Assembly (NCBI GenBank): GCA_004431415.1
Contig: QPMI01000240.1
Span: forward strand, 1-45,473
Direction: 5' to 3'
Length of the DNA stretch: 45,473 nucleotides
Source: Cyanophora paradoxa CCMP329
Taxonomy: Eukaryota > Plantae > Glaucophyta
The translations under genes were made by a program, and so were the position numbers. Shown here piece by piece: positions 45,271 to 45,473 of this stretch; position 1 is the stretch's first letter, and each line of letters opens with the position of its first letter. The notes below the pieces were generated by a model. That model was not told the DNA's origin, did not search any database, and saw only the letters and a list, made by a program, of their open reading frames with translations.

Positions 45271-45473
45271 CTGTAATTCGGGTAATATTTAAGACCCAAA
45301 ATAATTAGTAATCCCGGGTTTGGTCGGTTTAGTAGGCTGAAAATAATTAAGAGATATCGATACGCGCGGAGCGCTTTAGTATACGTAGCGGCCTTTGGAA
45401 GGGGTGGCGCACCAGGGGTCTTGATCTGTTGGAGAGTCCGGAAGCCCCCTAGCACTATAGCTAGCTTCTCCCG
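45271..45473 (-). mobile_element. Second, inverted copy of the 43820-44172 MITE; runs off the window
   Basis: Its reverse complement aligns to ~43958-44172 with short indels; preceded by TA. Confidence 0.85.

Noticed and set aside
1-45473. tRNA or rRNA genes, and a species assignment
   Set aside because: No recognisable RNA gene motifs; intron style suggests a GC-rich protist or alga but is not diagnostic.

Overview
GC-rich eukaryotic DNA with many short introns; the organism cannot be named from the sequence. Frequent 1-bp homopolymer frameshifts look like long-read errors. The left half is dominated by non-LTR retrotransposons. (1) A minus-strand element of more than 13 kb (<1-~13710) whose probably single, giant ORF runs: several signal/TM-like segments, a 126-bp tandem array, APE endonuclease, RT, RNase H. 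(2) A 5'-truncated plus-strand element (15658-24264) with a Ulp1/C48-like cysteine protease upstream of the last RNase H motif, a CCHC knuckle, a PIP-like motif, a 3' stem-loop and an A9 tail. It is flanked by a ~1.6-kb direct repeat in exact target-site-duplication geometry and carries a 4-kb TIR element nested in its 3' UTR. The right half holds host genes: hypothetical genes, a Cys-rich/VPV-repeat protein, two MBD4-like glycosylase copies (one disrupted) around an LRR gene, and an SDR. It ends in a MITE nest. Many introns appear to use GC donors, and duplicated sequences repeatedly differ by short palindromic insertions. All calls come from manual reading and motif recognition; no searches were run.
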